Of a stretch of 64,000 nt of DNA, positions 50,273 to 59,262 are shown one piece after another (the stretch's first letter is position 1; each line of letters starts with the position of its first letter). Below the pieces are notes generated by a model. The model saw only the letters and a program-made list of their open reading frames with translations, did no database searches and was not told the origin of the DNA. Origin of the DNA: Candidatus Micrarchaeia archaeon (lineage in GTDB: Archaea > Micrarchaeota > Micrarchaeia > CABMEP01); assembly GCA_038881595.1 (NCBI GenBank), contig JAVZPM010000003.1, forward strand, positions 18,305-82,304, in the 5' to 3' direction. Position numbers and translations under genes: made by a program.

Positions 50273-50791
50273 CTACCTCAAATTCGCCTCGCTTTGATTA
50301 TCCGGGTGAGCATAATAAATGACTTTTCCTGCCCTCTTTTTTACAAGATGGCCGAATGTTGCAAGTTTATTTAATCTTGCAGATGCGGCATTTCTTCCCT
50401 TGTATGCGAAAACCTTTTGTATGGTCTCTGCAGAAGAGGGACCGTTTTCTTTTATGTAATCGATTATCTTTTGATCAACTGATGAGAGTAAGAGCGCTGG
50501 CGCTGAAGTTGAGGGTACAGTGCCAACGCTGCTTAATTTCTGTTCCATCTGCTTCAATTTTTCCTCGAGCTGGTCAAGCCTCGCGTATATATTCTTTAAT
50601 AATCGGTTAGTATTTTCCTTTTCTTTGACTGAAAGATACATAAGAGCGGAATGGACGGTGGGATCTCTGAGCTTAGCGATCTCCCTCTCAAGCTCTGCGA
50701 TTTCTTCGTTTGCCTCTTTCTTGAAATTCGCAACCTTGTATTCAAGCGTATTTTCGAAATTCTCTTCATCTTTGTTTTCTTGTGGTTTCAT
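50273..50791 (-). CDS. Coiled-coil plus winged-helix DNA-binding protein (GC-rich gene)
   Basis: N-terminal heptads, P/S/T linker, LSSVDQKIIDYIKENGPSSAETIQ...AASARLNKLATFGHLVKKRAGKVIYY wHTH pattern. Confidence 0.8.
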   Translation of the reverse strand: MKPQENKDEENFENTLEYKVANFKKEANEEIAELEREIAKLRDPTVHSALMYLSVKEKENTNRLLKNIYARLDQLEEKLKQMEQKLSSVGTVPSTSAPALLLSSVDQKIIDYIKENGPSSAETIQKVFAYKGRNAASARLNKLATFGHLVKKRAGKVIYYAHPDNQSEANLR

Positions 50792-50912
50792 ATTCCCACT
50801 TGTCTATGTTGGCGATCTGCCGGCATTCATGCATTTTGCATTTACGCCTTGTCGCCCATACCGCAAGCTTTTTAAGCCCATATGAACATATACTATTAAG
50901 ACACACAAAACA

Positions 50913-50974
50913 AATCATGATTGAAGAAATACCAATCATGACTCTTAATTATGTGTCATGATACTATCATGACA
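50913..50974. repeat. Array of four TCATGA-core palindromes (candidate operator/iteron array)
   Basis: TCATGA at 50915, 50936, 50956, 50967; last two form the inverted repeat TGTCATGATA-C-TATCATGACA. Confidence 0.75.
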
Positions 50975-51106
50975 GTTAAAATTTATAAAGCTTTGCTTTT
51001 TCTTTTACGTCGAAACGATATTTTCACTCTCAAAATTAGGAATTATTTCAATTAGGGTTTTATGCACAAAAAGAAGATTTAAAATTATAACTACCAAAAA
51101 CAATTC

Positions 51107-51685
51107 ATGATAAAAGAGATAAATAAAGAACTAGAAATGATGGAATGTATAAACCAGATCAAGCTCGCATTTAAAGATTATGACATAAAAAAATTAAGAG
51201 AAATTAATAATAAATGTGAAAAAAATATTCTTCTTGACGAAAAATTATTCTTTACACTAGCTTTACTTTCTTATACTCTTTCTAAAATTCTTGTAAAAGC
51301 TAGATTTAGAAATGCTTCCCTATATCAAAAGATAGATATTAATCTTACACAGGCAATTCAATTTGCAAAATCTAAAGATGAAATTGCACTGATAACTTCC
51401 ATATGGAAAATTCTTGAAATAATCACAAATTTTGATGAAAAAGATAAGAGATACATAATTGGCATAATAGAAAAAGGAAGAACAAAAATAGCTGCAAGTC
51501 TATATGCACAAGGTCTGTCTCTAAGTAGAACAATTTCTATAACAGGTGCACAAAAACAAGAAGTACTTAATTACTCAGGTAAGACTGTGATGTCTGATAG
51601 AGTAGGAAGAACCATAAGCGCTAAGGAGAGATTTAATATTGCAAAGAAAATTCTTAAGGAAAGAAATAAGAAAGAGGTATCTTAA
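51107..51685 (+). CDS. Hypothetical protein
   Basis: 192 aa ORF; stop overlaps start of next gene; LYAQGLSLSR HTH-like segment. Confidence 0.75.
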   Translation: MIKEINKELEMMECINQIKLAFKDYDIKKLREINNKCEKNILLDEKLFFTLALLSYTLSKILVKARFRNASLYQKIDINLTQAIQFAKSKDEIALITSIWKILEIITNFDEKDKRYIIGIIEKGRTKIAASLYAQGLSLSRTISITGAQKQEVLNYSGKTVMSDRVGRTISAKERFNIAKKILKERNKKEVS

Positions 51686-52410
51686 TGGTGCGAGAGGATA
51701 TTGATAGAACAGAATATTTTAAAGAAGATAGAGAAAGACGAATAAATCCAAATTCAGTAGTTTGTGATTCGTCTTCTCTCATTTCTCTTACGGATGCTGG
51801 TCTTTTAGGTGCACTCATGATGTTAAGAAAAGAGATAAAAGGAGATTTTATCATAACTGAAGGAGTGATTGATGAAAGCATAAATACCCCAATTAAAAAA
51901 CCAGAGTATGCATTTTCTGCAATAAGAATAAAGAGAGCGCTCAAATCTGGAGCGTTTAGAATTGGAAAGTATGAAAAAAATACTTATGATGAGATACTCA
52001 GAGTCACAAATAACATGTTCTACACAGATCGACCTTTTCATCTTGTTAATCATGGTGAAGCAGAGATGTTAGCTACAGCAATAGACAATGAAGTTGAATT
52101 TGTGCTTATGGATGAAAGAACTACAAGAATGCTCATAGAATCACCATTAGAATTGAAAAGACACATAGAAAATGAATTCAGAATCAAAATGAATATTAAC
52201 GACGTACTTTTTAGAAGATTTAGAGAGATGACAGCTGGAATAAATGTAATAAGAAGTAGTGAGGTTCTTGCACTTGCAAAATCTAAAGGGTATTTTAAGA
52301 AATTTAGAGAGCTTGAGAGAGAAGCGTACAAAGCTGCTTTATATGCTCTAAAATTCAATGGATGTTCGATAAGTTTCGAAGAAATAGAGGAATTGTCAAG
52401 AATAGTTTAA
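51685..52410 (+). CDS. PIN-like domain protein
   Basis: VVCDSSSLISL, GEAEMLA, LMDERTTR acidic residues typical of PIN folds. Confidence 0.7.
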   Translation: MVREDIDRTEYFKEDRERRINPNSVVCDSSSLISLTDAGLLGALMMLRKEIKGDFIITEGVIDESINTPIKKPEYAFSAIRIKRALKSGAFRIGKYEKNTYDEILRVTNNMFYTDRPFHLVNHGEAEMLATAIDNEVEFVLMDERTTRMLIESPLELKRHIENEFRIKMNINDVLFRRFREMTAGINVIRSSEVLALAKSKGYFKKFRELEREAYKAALYALKFNGCSISFEEIEELSRIV

Positions 52411-52472
52411 CCGTCAGATCAGTAGAAGTTAAGCATAGAAAAGATTAATAATATCAAATCTAAATTTTACCT

Positions 52473-53171
52473 ATGGAAAAAGAACTTAATATACGAAACA
52501 AAAACGAAAGAGTGGAACAGTCCCAGATATCTGAATTTTATAAAGAAAAGAATATTGAAATTTTTATTGATTCTCGAGAATCTGATGAACTTATAGAGTT
52601 GGTACAAAAACATGACATAAAAGTTAACTTGAAACAATTAGAGATTGGAGATATTATCATATCCAATCGAATAGTAATAGAGAGAAAAACTTCAAGTGAT
52701 TTTGAGTCAAGTATAATAGACAATCGTCTTTTTGAACAGACAAAAAAAATGAGCGAAAATTATGAAATTCCAATTCTTATAATAGAAGGGCAAATGAAAG
52801 CTGATAGGATAAGACAAAACGCATATATAGGAGCTTATTTATCGATTATAATGAATTATGGAATTCATGTAATAAACACAAAAAATATTGAAGAAACTGC
52901 AAAATACATATCCTTAATAGCAAAAAGAGAACAAATACAAGAATCAAAACCTTTAAGACTTTTGGTAAAGACTAAAACATTTTCATTCAGGGATGAACAG
53001 TTAAGAGTTCTTCAATCCTTTCCATCAATAGGACCATCGACAGCAGAAAAGATACTTCAGGAATTTGGAACTCTGGAAAAATTCTTCACTTCTGATATAA
53101 AAGAAATTGAAAGAGTGATAGGGAAGGCAAAAGCAAAAAGAGTATATTTACTTATACATTCTAATAAATAG
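52473..53171 (+). CDS. ERCC4/XPF nuclease with HhH domain
   Basis: IDSRE, GDIII, IERKTSSDF, ILIIEG, FPSIGP. Confidence 0.92.
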   Translation: MEKELNIRNKNERVEQSQISEFYKEKNIEIFIDSRESDELIELVQKHDIKVNLKQLEIGDIIISNRIVIERKTSSDFESSIIDNRLFEQTKKMSENYEIPILIIEGQMKADRIRQNAYIGAYLSIIMNYGIHVINTKNIEETAKYISLIAKREQIQESKPLRLLVKTKTFSFRDEQLRVLQSFPSIGPSTAEKILQEFGTLEKFFTSDIKEIERVIGKAKAKRVYLLIHSNK

Positions 53172-53178
53172 TGAGTCT

Positions 53179-54348
53179 ATGATAAAGGGAAAGGCTGTAC
53201 TTCTTGCAAGAATATATGAAAAGACAAGATTCTTCAAATCAGCAGATGTAAATGAAAAGATGGATGGAGCAACTCCTCCTTCAGTATTCATAGGCAGCTA
53301 TGGTTATCCAAAAGTTTATGTTGGACCTATGACACCGCCAGTACATGGAGATACAACGATCATGGATTTTCCAGAAAACTGGTTAAATAAAATGTCAAAT
53401 CCTGAAGAGATTGTAAATCTCAGGCTTCAGCTTGTAAGAGGTAAAAAAATAGTTGGGATAAAGGAAGAAAACAGATTCATTGACAATATTAGAGATATTG
53501 CGCTTTCAAAGTTTTCAACGGAAGTAGAACTTGAGTTTACTAAGAAACCTACAGGAGGGTTTTTCCATGAAGAATTGCAGCCATTTGGTCCTTCTGCACC
53601 AATAAAAAATTGGCATGTTGGCAACAGTAAATATGATGAAAAAATGGAGAAGATGTATTATGATACAGATATCAAAGCCTCTGATGCTGTATTTGAATTG
53701 TATAAAAAAGGTGTAAACATTAGTGCAATTCAAAGAGCTTTAAGTGTTGGTGCATTTGGATTAAAAAAGAATAGAAAATTGGTTCCAACTAGATGGTCAA
53801 TTACAGCAGTGGACAGCATAATAAGCGAAAGAATGCTTGAAGACATAAGGGAATATCCCCAACTCGAAGAATATCAGGTATATGAATATGAGCACATGCG
53901 AAACAAGTTCCTCATAATATTCATTCCTCAGCAATGGAGCTATGAATCTATGGAGGCTTTTTATTCAGAAGACGGGACTAAAGTGGATATATTCAGCGAT
54001 TATGAGCTTTACCATAAGAAAAAAGAATACGCACTGATAGGCGGATGTTATTACAGCTGTAGACTTGCAGTGAACGAGTTCCTTGCAAAAAACAAAAGGC
54101 AGGCTGCCGTAATAATACTTAGGGAGGCTTACAAGGATTACATACCTCTTGGGGTATGGTTAACAAGGGAATGTGTAAGAGAAGCACTAAAGAAAGAGCC
54201 TGTAAGATTTCAGACATTGAAAGACACGCTGGATTATGCAGATATAAGACTAACTGTAAAAATGAGAGATTGGATAAAAGAGAGCCGACTTTTGAAAGAA
54301 ATAACGCAAAGAGGAATACAATCTTCTCTAAATTCGTTTTTCTCATAG
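53179..54348 (+). CDS. Nre family DNA repair protein
   Basis: TPPSVFIGSYGYPKVYVGP, LVPTRWSITAVD, GGCYY, PLGVW, C-terminal PIP box QSSLNSFF. Confidence 0.92.
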   Translation: MIKGKAVLLARIYEKTRFFKSADVNEKMDGATPPSVFIGSYGYPKVYVGPMTPPVHGDTTIMDFPENWLNKMSNPEEIVNLRLQLVRGKKIVGIKEENRFIDNIRDIALSKFSTEVELEFTKKPTGGFFHEELQPFGPSAPIKNWHVGNSKYDEKMEKMYYDTDIKASDAVFELYKKGVNISAIQRALSVGAFGLKKNRKLVPTRWSITAVDSIISERMLEDIREYPQLEEYQVYEYEHMRNKFLIIFIPQQWSYESMEAFYSEDGTKVDIFSDYELYHKKKEYALIGGCYYSCRLAVNEFLAKNKRQAAVIILREAYKDYIPLGVWLTRECVREALKKEPVRFQTLKDTLDYADIRLTVKMRDWIKESRLLKEITQRGIQSSLNSFFS

Positions 54349-54427
54349 AAGTAAATATGGAAAGTACGGACTCTTTTCATAATTTAAAAATCTTTTCAGA
54401 CAATATATAATAAAGGAGTATTATCGA

Positions 54428-54919
54428 ATGAGTAGTGGTCATATGGAAATCGATGAGAAAACTCGTGCCATAATTGTTTCTTTTCTTAAAGGAATTAAAA
54501 CAAAGAAGATAAGCAAGGCAAAGATGGAAGAACTTAAAGATGAGATACTCAAAAAAACAGATATAAGAATGCTAAATCTTAGTACGCTTAAGAAAATGGT
54601 AAAGAAGATTGCAAAAGAGACTGCGCAGGCAGAGAAGATAGAAGAAGCAAAAATAGAAAGCATAAGTGGCTTCAAACCCGTAATAATTCCGATAACTACA
54701 CAGGCATTTCAAAACATGATTTTATACGATCTTTCTGCTTCTAAAAAGACATTAGAAAGACTTAATGAACGTCTTGAATCAATAAAAGAAGCAGGAAAAA
54801 ATACAGAATTTAAAACTAAGATTTCTAGTGAGATCTCATTGATAAGAAAAGAAATAGAAAAGCTTGCAAACAAGCTTGAGAATGTCGAAAAACAGCTTAT
54901 CCAGAAAACAAAGAAATGA
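54428..54919 (+). CDS. Hypothetical coiled-coil protein
   Basis: 163 aa K/E-rich ORF. Confidence 0.65.
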   Translation: MSSGHMEIDEKTRAIIVSFLKGIKTKKISKAKMEELKDEILKKTDIRMLNLSTLKKMVKKIAKETAQAEKIEEAKIESISGFKPVIIPITTQAFQNMILYDLSASKKTLERLNERLESIKEAGKNTEFKTKISSEISLIRKEIEKLANKLENVEKQLIQKTKK

Positions 54920-55117
54920 ACTGCTCTTTTTAAGTTCATTTGAATCTTTTACTGTTACTTTTTTATTACAAGATAAAGCTAATTAAATAATAAATCAAGA
55001 TTAAATCCTAAAACAACCGATTTTTATGGTTGATGCTTATAAACAACCAAAACGAAAGATTTATATATCTCATTTGTGTCCAAAAAGTAATGTAAATTGA
55101 TTGTTGGTGGGAGGAAT

Positions 55118-56287
55118 ATGGAAAATATGGGAAAAAATTGTGAGGACATTAGACCTAAAAATATGGGAAAAGAAAATAGAATATGGAAAGCTGCAAAAAT
55201 AGGAATTCTTGGTCTTAGTTTGATGGTTTTTGGAAGGAACATTAAGGCCGAAGATCCAATGAAAACTCCATTCATAAAGGAGCGTTATGAAAATGGAATT
55301 GTAATAGAATACGAATATCATATAAATGATAAAAATAATTCTGAAATCCAAAAAAATAACTATTTTAATAGCAAAGACAATGTCTCAAATACAGATTCTA
55401 ATGTTTCTATTTATTGGAAGAATGAAGTAGTTGGAAGAACATTTTTCCAGATCGAAATAAACAGAGAAAAAAATTCTATAGATTCAAAATATACAGGTAA
55501 ATCTATATATGGAGATTACACCGATTATAAAGATAATGACGAAACAAAATTAACTTGTGGATTTTTTGGTATTGGCACAAGTATAGCGCCAGATGGGATT
55601 AATGAAAAAATAAAATTTGGAATTGGTTACTACAATGAAGAAATACAAAAAACAGGAGTTATGAAATACAACTCTTTACGTAAGGATATAAGTGTAGTCA
55701 TAGGTTATGATGTAAATGGAAATCCAATAACTATATATGGAGATATTAATAATAACGAGATGTTAAATGAAGATATGAATGGATCTTATATGGGAAACAA
55801 AATTTATTTACAATATATAATAAATCAAAATATAACTTCCATAATTTGGTTTACCAAGGCTAAAGGAACCATAAATCATTTCTTAGACCATATCGATGAA
55901 TATACAATTCAAGGGAATATATGCTATCTTGGAAGCTGCCAACCTGGTGCTTATTATTTTGGATTTGAAACACACAAAAGAAACAATGATATAAAGACAA
56001 GTAAAACTGAGATTGGAGTAAGATTACCTATAACATTAGGAAAGAACTTAGTTGTAGGAGAGTACACCAAAACAACTAGAAAGTATGATGATACAGACGG
56101 ATCATTTAATAACTTCCTAGAAAAAGAAGTTATAGACACAATTAATTTCTATTATAAAAGAGAGATTATAAGAAACTTTGCTATTAAGATCGGATATACA
56201 CATACGCTCCAGAAAATAATCAGACTTTACAACGAAGAAAACAGACAGGATTCAAAATTAGTTGTAGGTACACAATTAAAATTCTAA
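55118..56287 (+). CDS. Secreted beta-rich protein with beta-barrel-like features
   Basis: Signal-like segment, amphipathic strands, ends KLVVGTQLKF. Confidence 0.65.
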   Translation: MENMGKNCEDIRPKNMGKENRIWKAAKIGILGLSLMVFGRNIKAEDPMKTPFIKERYENGIVIEYEYHINDKNNSEIQKNNYFNSKDNVSNTDSNVSIYWKNEVVGRTFFQIEINREKNSIDSKYTGKSIYGDYTDYKDNDETKLTCGFFGIGTSIAPDGINEKIKFGIGYYNEEIQKTGVMKYNSLRKDISVVIGYDVNGNPITIYGDINNNEMLNEDMNGSYMGNKIYLQYIINQNITSIIWFTKAKGTINHFLDHIDEYTIQGNICYLGSCQPGAYYFGFETHKRNNDIKTSKTEIGVRLPITLGKNLVVGEYTKTTRKYDDTDGSFNNFLEKEVIDTINFYYKREIIRNFAIKIGYTHTLQKIIRLYNEENRQDSKLVVGTQLKF

Positions 56288-56319
56288 ACTTTGATTTTTT
56301 GTTGTTTGTTTCTTTTTAC

Positions 56320-57291
56320 CTATTTCTCCCCTTTTTCTTCCATTGACTGTTTCAAACGCATAAGCTTGATTAAAAGTGATTGTATTTTTTCGTATTGTTT
56401 TTTTTCTTCATCATCCTTAAATGCGCCTAGAACCCATCTTTTCATCTTGTAATTATTCATAATTTCTTCTATCTTTTGACATACTTCATTGTATGTCAGA
56501 TTTGGTTGAAGATCTTCTGAAGATAATTGGCTTTGACCTGTACTCTCCTTATAATTTTCTTTGATTTCATTTTCATTTTTATCTAAAATTTGTGCTGGTA
56601 TTGGCTTTGTTTCTTCTATATCATTTATTTGTTCTCTAATATGTGAATCAAGAAATTCTTGACGTCTTAAATCAGATCCAGTTTCTATTATATCATTATC
56701 TATTGGAAAAACATCTTTAACTATTTCTTCTTTTAATTTGTTTTTGTTAAACGAATTTCCTAAAATAACTTTTTCACCTTCAAAAGAAGAGATAAAACCT
56801 AAAGAAGAAATAAGTGAAGAAATTCTGGATGAAGCTAATTGACTTTCTAATTTAAATTCTCCATCATTAGAATAACCTTCTAAATAATTTTTTATAATTT
56901 GAACTATTTTGTCATCACCTGGAAGTGAAAGTATGAGTGTAGCTATAGTTTCTCTATTTTCGTAGTTTTTCTTAAGAAGTAAATTGGATTTAGAAAGTAT
57001 TTCATAACCTTTTCCTATCTCTTTAAATGCATTGGCTTTTTCTTCTTGGGAAAGTTTTGTGAAATCCTCTTTTAGCTTTTCTATTTCTTTCTTGTTAATT
57101 AGGATATATACATATCCTGCATCTTGAATAGAAGAGAGGTGATTTGCCATTTCTTGTTTTAATAAGTCTAACTCTGACTCTAAATCTTCTAAATTTGACC
57201 TACCTGAAAGTTTGTATTTCATTAATTCGAATGTTTTTTTGCTTATAAGATATCTTATCTCTTCTACTCTTTTTATGTTGTCGCCTATCAT
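56320..57291 (-). CDS. Hypothetical protein
   Basis: Long ORF downstream of the Cys-rich genes. Confidence 0.7.
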   Translation of the reverse strand: MIGDNIKRVEEIRYLISKKTFELMKYKLSGRSNLEDLESELDLLKQEMANHLSSIQDAGYVYILINKKEIEKLKEDFTKLSQEEKANAFKEIGKGYEILSKSNLLLKKNYENRETIATLILSLPGDDKIVQIIKNYLEGYSNDGEFKLESQLASSRISSLISSLGFISSFEGEKVILGNSFNKNKLKEEIVKDVFPIDNDIIETGSDLRRQEFLDSHIREQINDIEETKPIPAQILDKNENEIKENYKESTGQSQLSSEDLQPNLTYNEVCQKIEEIMNNYKMKRWVLGAFKDDEEKKQYEKIQSLLIKLMRLKQSMEEKGEK

Positions 57292-57366
57292 GTACTGCCT
57301 CAATAAATATTATAAGCAAATTTTTATATTCATTCTCATTAAAAAACAAAGTTAATTCCTCTATTT

Positions 57367-57891
57367 TTATCCAGATACTTTTCTCTTTGTTATTCCTAGA
57401 ATCAAAATTTCTATAAGTGCAAGCATAAAACCAAGCACTGGAAAAACTATAAATCCTAATAACATAGGCAAACCAAACAGTAAAACAGGCAGTAACCTTC
57501 CTCTTTTTCTTCCAATGAATGAGGCAATACTTGCAGAAACAATCAGAAGTATCCATGAAAAGTCACAAAGTAAGCAGAAGTAACCTGTGCAGTTCTCGAT
57601 TATTCCTGCACAGCCAGACTTTATTCCGAATGAAAGAAGCTGAGTCTCTTCTCTCAATGGGATTATGCATTCCCCATCCTTACAAAAACCGTCCTTACAC
57701 TGTGCAGTGTAACTGCAGTTTCCACTTATTATGTATTTTTCAAGAACTTGGGGGAATCTACATGTATTATTCAGACAAAATCCCTCTCTGCATTCTCCAG
57801 TATATCTACAAGAACCACCCAGATCAGACAAAGCGAATGTAAATGCAACCAAGATTAAAATTGTAAACATTGCGAATATAAATTTTGACAT
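57367..57891 (-). CDS. Cys-rich membrane protein
   Basis: Signal peptide, two C-x5-C-x4-C-x4-C modules, C-terminal TM bundle. Confidence 0.75.
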   Translation of the reverse strand: MSKFIFAMFTILILVAFTFALSDLGGSCRYTGECREGFCLNNTCRFPQVLEKYIISGNCSYTAQCKDGFCKDGECIIPLREETQLLSFGIKSGCAGIIENCTGYFCLLCDFSWILLIVSASIASFIGRKRGRLLPVLLFGLPMLLGFIVFPVLGFMLALIEILILGITKRKVSG

Positions 57892-57907
57892 AAATACCAC
57901 TCTTAAA

Positions 57908-59251
57908 TCATTGCCTTGCAAGCATTAATCCTAACATTATTATCCCTATTATGATCCCCACAAATGGATAGGTGATCAATCCTATTAAGACGGGAACAAA
58001 TACGCCAACCAAACCAGGAACTGGATGATTGAATTCCCTCCAGACAAAGAATCCAAACCCTATAGAAACCAAAGCTAAAAGACCAGTTAAACCATTGCAT
58101 ATTGAAATACATTGCGTTTCAGTTGGATCGCATTCTTCAATCAAACCATTGCATGCAAATTGAGATGTTATCGGTTTATTTAAGGCCTCTGCAATGAAAA
58201 GACTCATTACGGGTGGATTTCTACATATTCCGTTTTCACAATAACCAGTACAGCATTCGCCTGAAGTAATGCATGCTCCTTTAGCGCATAAACATTGGCC
58301 ATTGACACATTCTGCACCACAACAATCTGCGGTGGTGCTACATAAGGCACCTTTTATACATGTAGCACTTGCTTGTATTTTTGTTTTGCTTACACCGAAA
58401 ATAGAGTATATAAATGGTGCTGCAGCCTCTCTTTCAACTTCCCTCTGAATAGAGATCGCTTGTTGATAATCTGAAGATGAAGATTTTCTTCCACCACTTG
58501 TAGTTGTAGGAACTGGTGGCAGTTGTGATGGTTGTGCTTCGGATTCTGGAACACAGAATCCATTTAAGCAAACTTGTCCAGATTGACATTCTTGATTAAG
58601 TATACACAAAGCACAGCTTCCAGCTCTACATGTACCAGTGCAACACTCTAACCCTGATGTACATGATTGACCATTGCTTCTGCAGCTGCACTTCCCAGTA
58701 TCCGCATTACAAATCCAGTTGTTTGGACATCCGATCTCACTGCAGGATTTACATCTTCCTCCCGCCTGGCAGATTCCAACACTGCATTGATCGTCAGACG
58801 TACATGGCTGACATTTGCCTGAAATACAAGGATAACCTGTTGCTGCACACTGAATATCATTTGAACATGTTGTACATACTCCGTTCAAACAAAGACCTGT
58901 AGAACATGACAAATCGCTCAAGCAAGCAGTACAAACACCGTTCAAACAGTAATTAGTTGATCTGCTGCATTGAGAATCTGAAGAACATGAAATACAGATT
59001 CCGTTTTCACATAGGTTTGAAGAACAATTTTTATCTGCCGTGCATGCAACACATTGACCATCTGCACAAAGATTTGATGTACACTGAGAATTATAAGTGC
59101 AATTTCCAGATGGAAGTGTTCCGAAATTTATTACAAATTGGTTTTGCGCGTACGTCAATGGAGAAAGGATCAAGGCTAGGAGAATAAATGCAATACTTAA
59201 CTTTTTGCCTAATCTAATTTTTTTACTTATTTTCTCCATTTTATTCTCCAT
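57908..59251 (-). CDS. Cys-rich repeat surface protein
   Basis: Signal peptide, many tandem C-x5-C-x4-C-x4-C modules, P/T/S linker, C-terminal TM bundle. Confidence 0.8.
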   Translation of the reverse strand: MENKMEKISKKIRLGKKLSIAFILLALILSPLTYAQNQFVINFGTLPSGNCTYNSQCTSNLCADGQCVACTADKNCSSNLCENGICISCSSDSQCSRSTNYCLNGVCTACLSDLSCSTGLCLNGVCTTCSNDIQCAATGYPCISGKCQPCTSDDQCSVGICQAGGRCKSCSEIGCPNNWICNADTGKCSCRSNGQSCTSGLECCTGTCRAGSCALCILNQECQSGQVCLNGFCVPESEAQPSQLPPVPTTTSGGRKSSSSDYQQAISIQREVEREAAAPFIYSIFGVSKTKIQASATCIKGALCSTTADCCGAECVNGQCLCAKGACITSGECCTGYCENGICRNPPVMSLFIAEALNKPITSQFACNGLIEECDPTETQCISICNGLTGLLALVSIGFGFFVWREFNHPVPGLVGVFVPVLIGLITYPFVGIIIGIIMLGLMLARQ

Positions 59252-59262
59252 CCAAATCACCA

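Noticed and set aside
50180..50990. DGR or retron interpretation of the GC-rich island
   Set aside because: No reverse transcriptase and no TR/VR adenine-mismatch pair seen in the window
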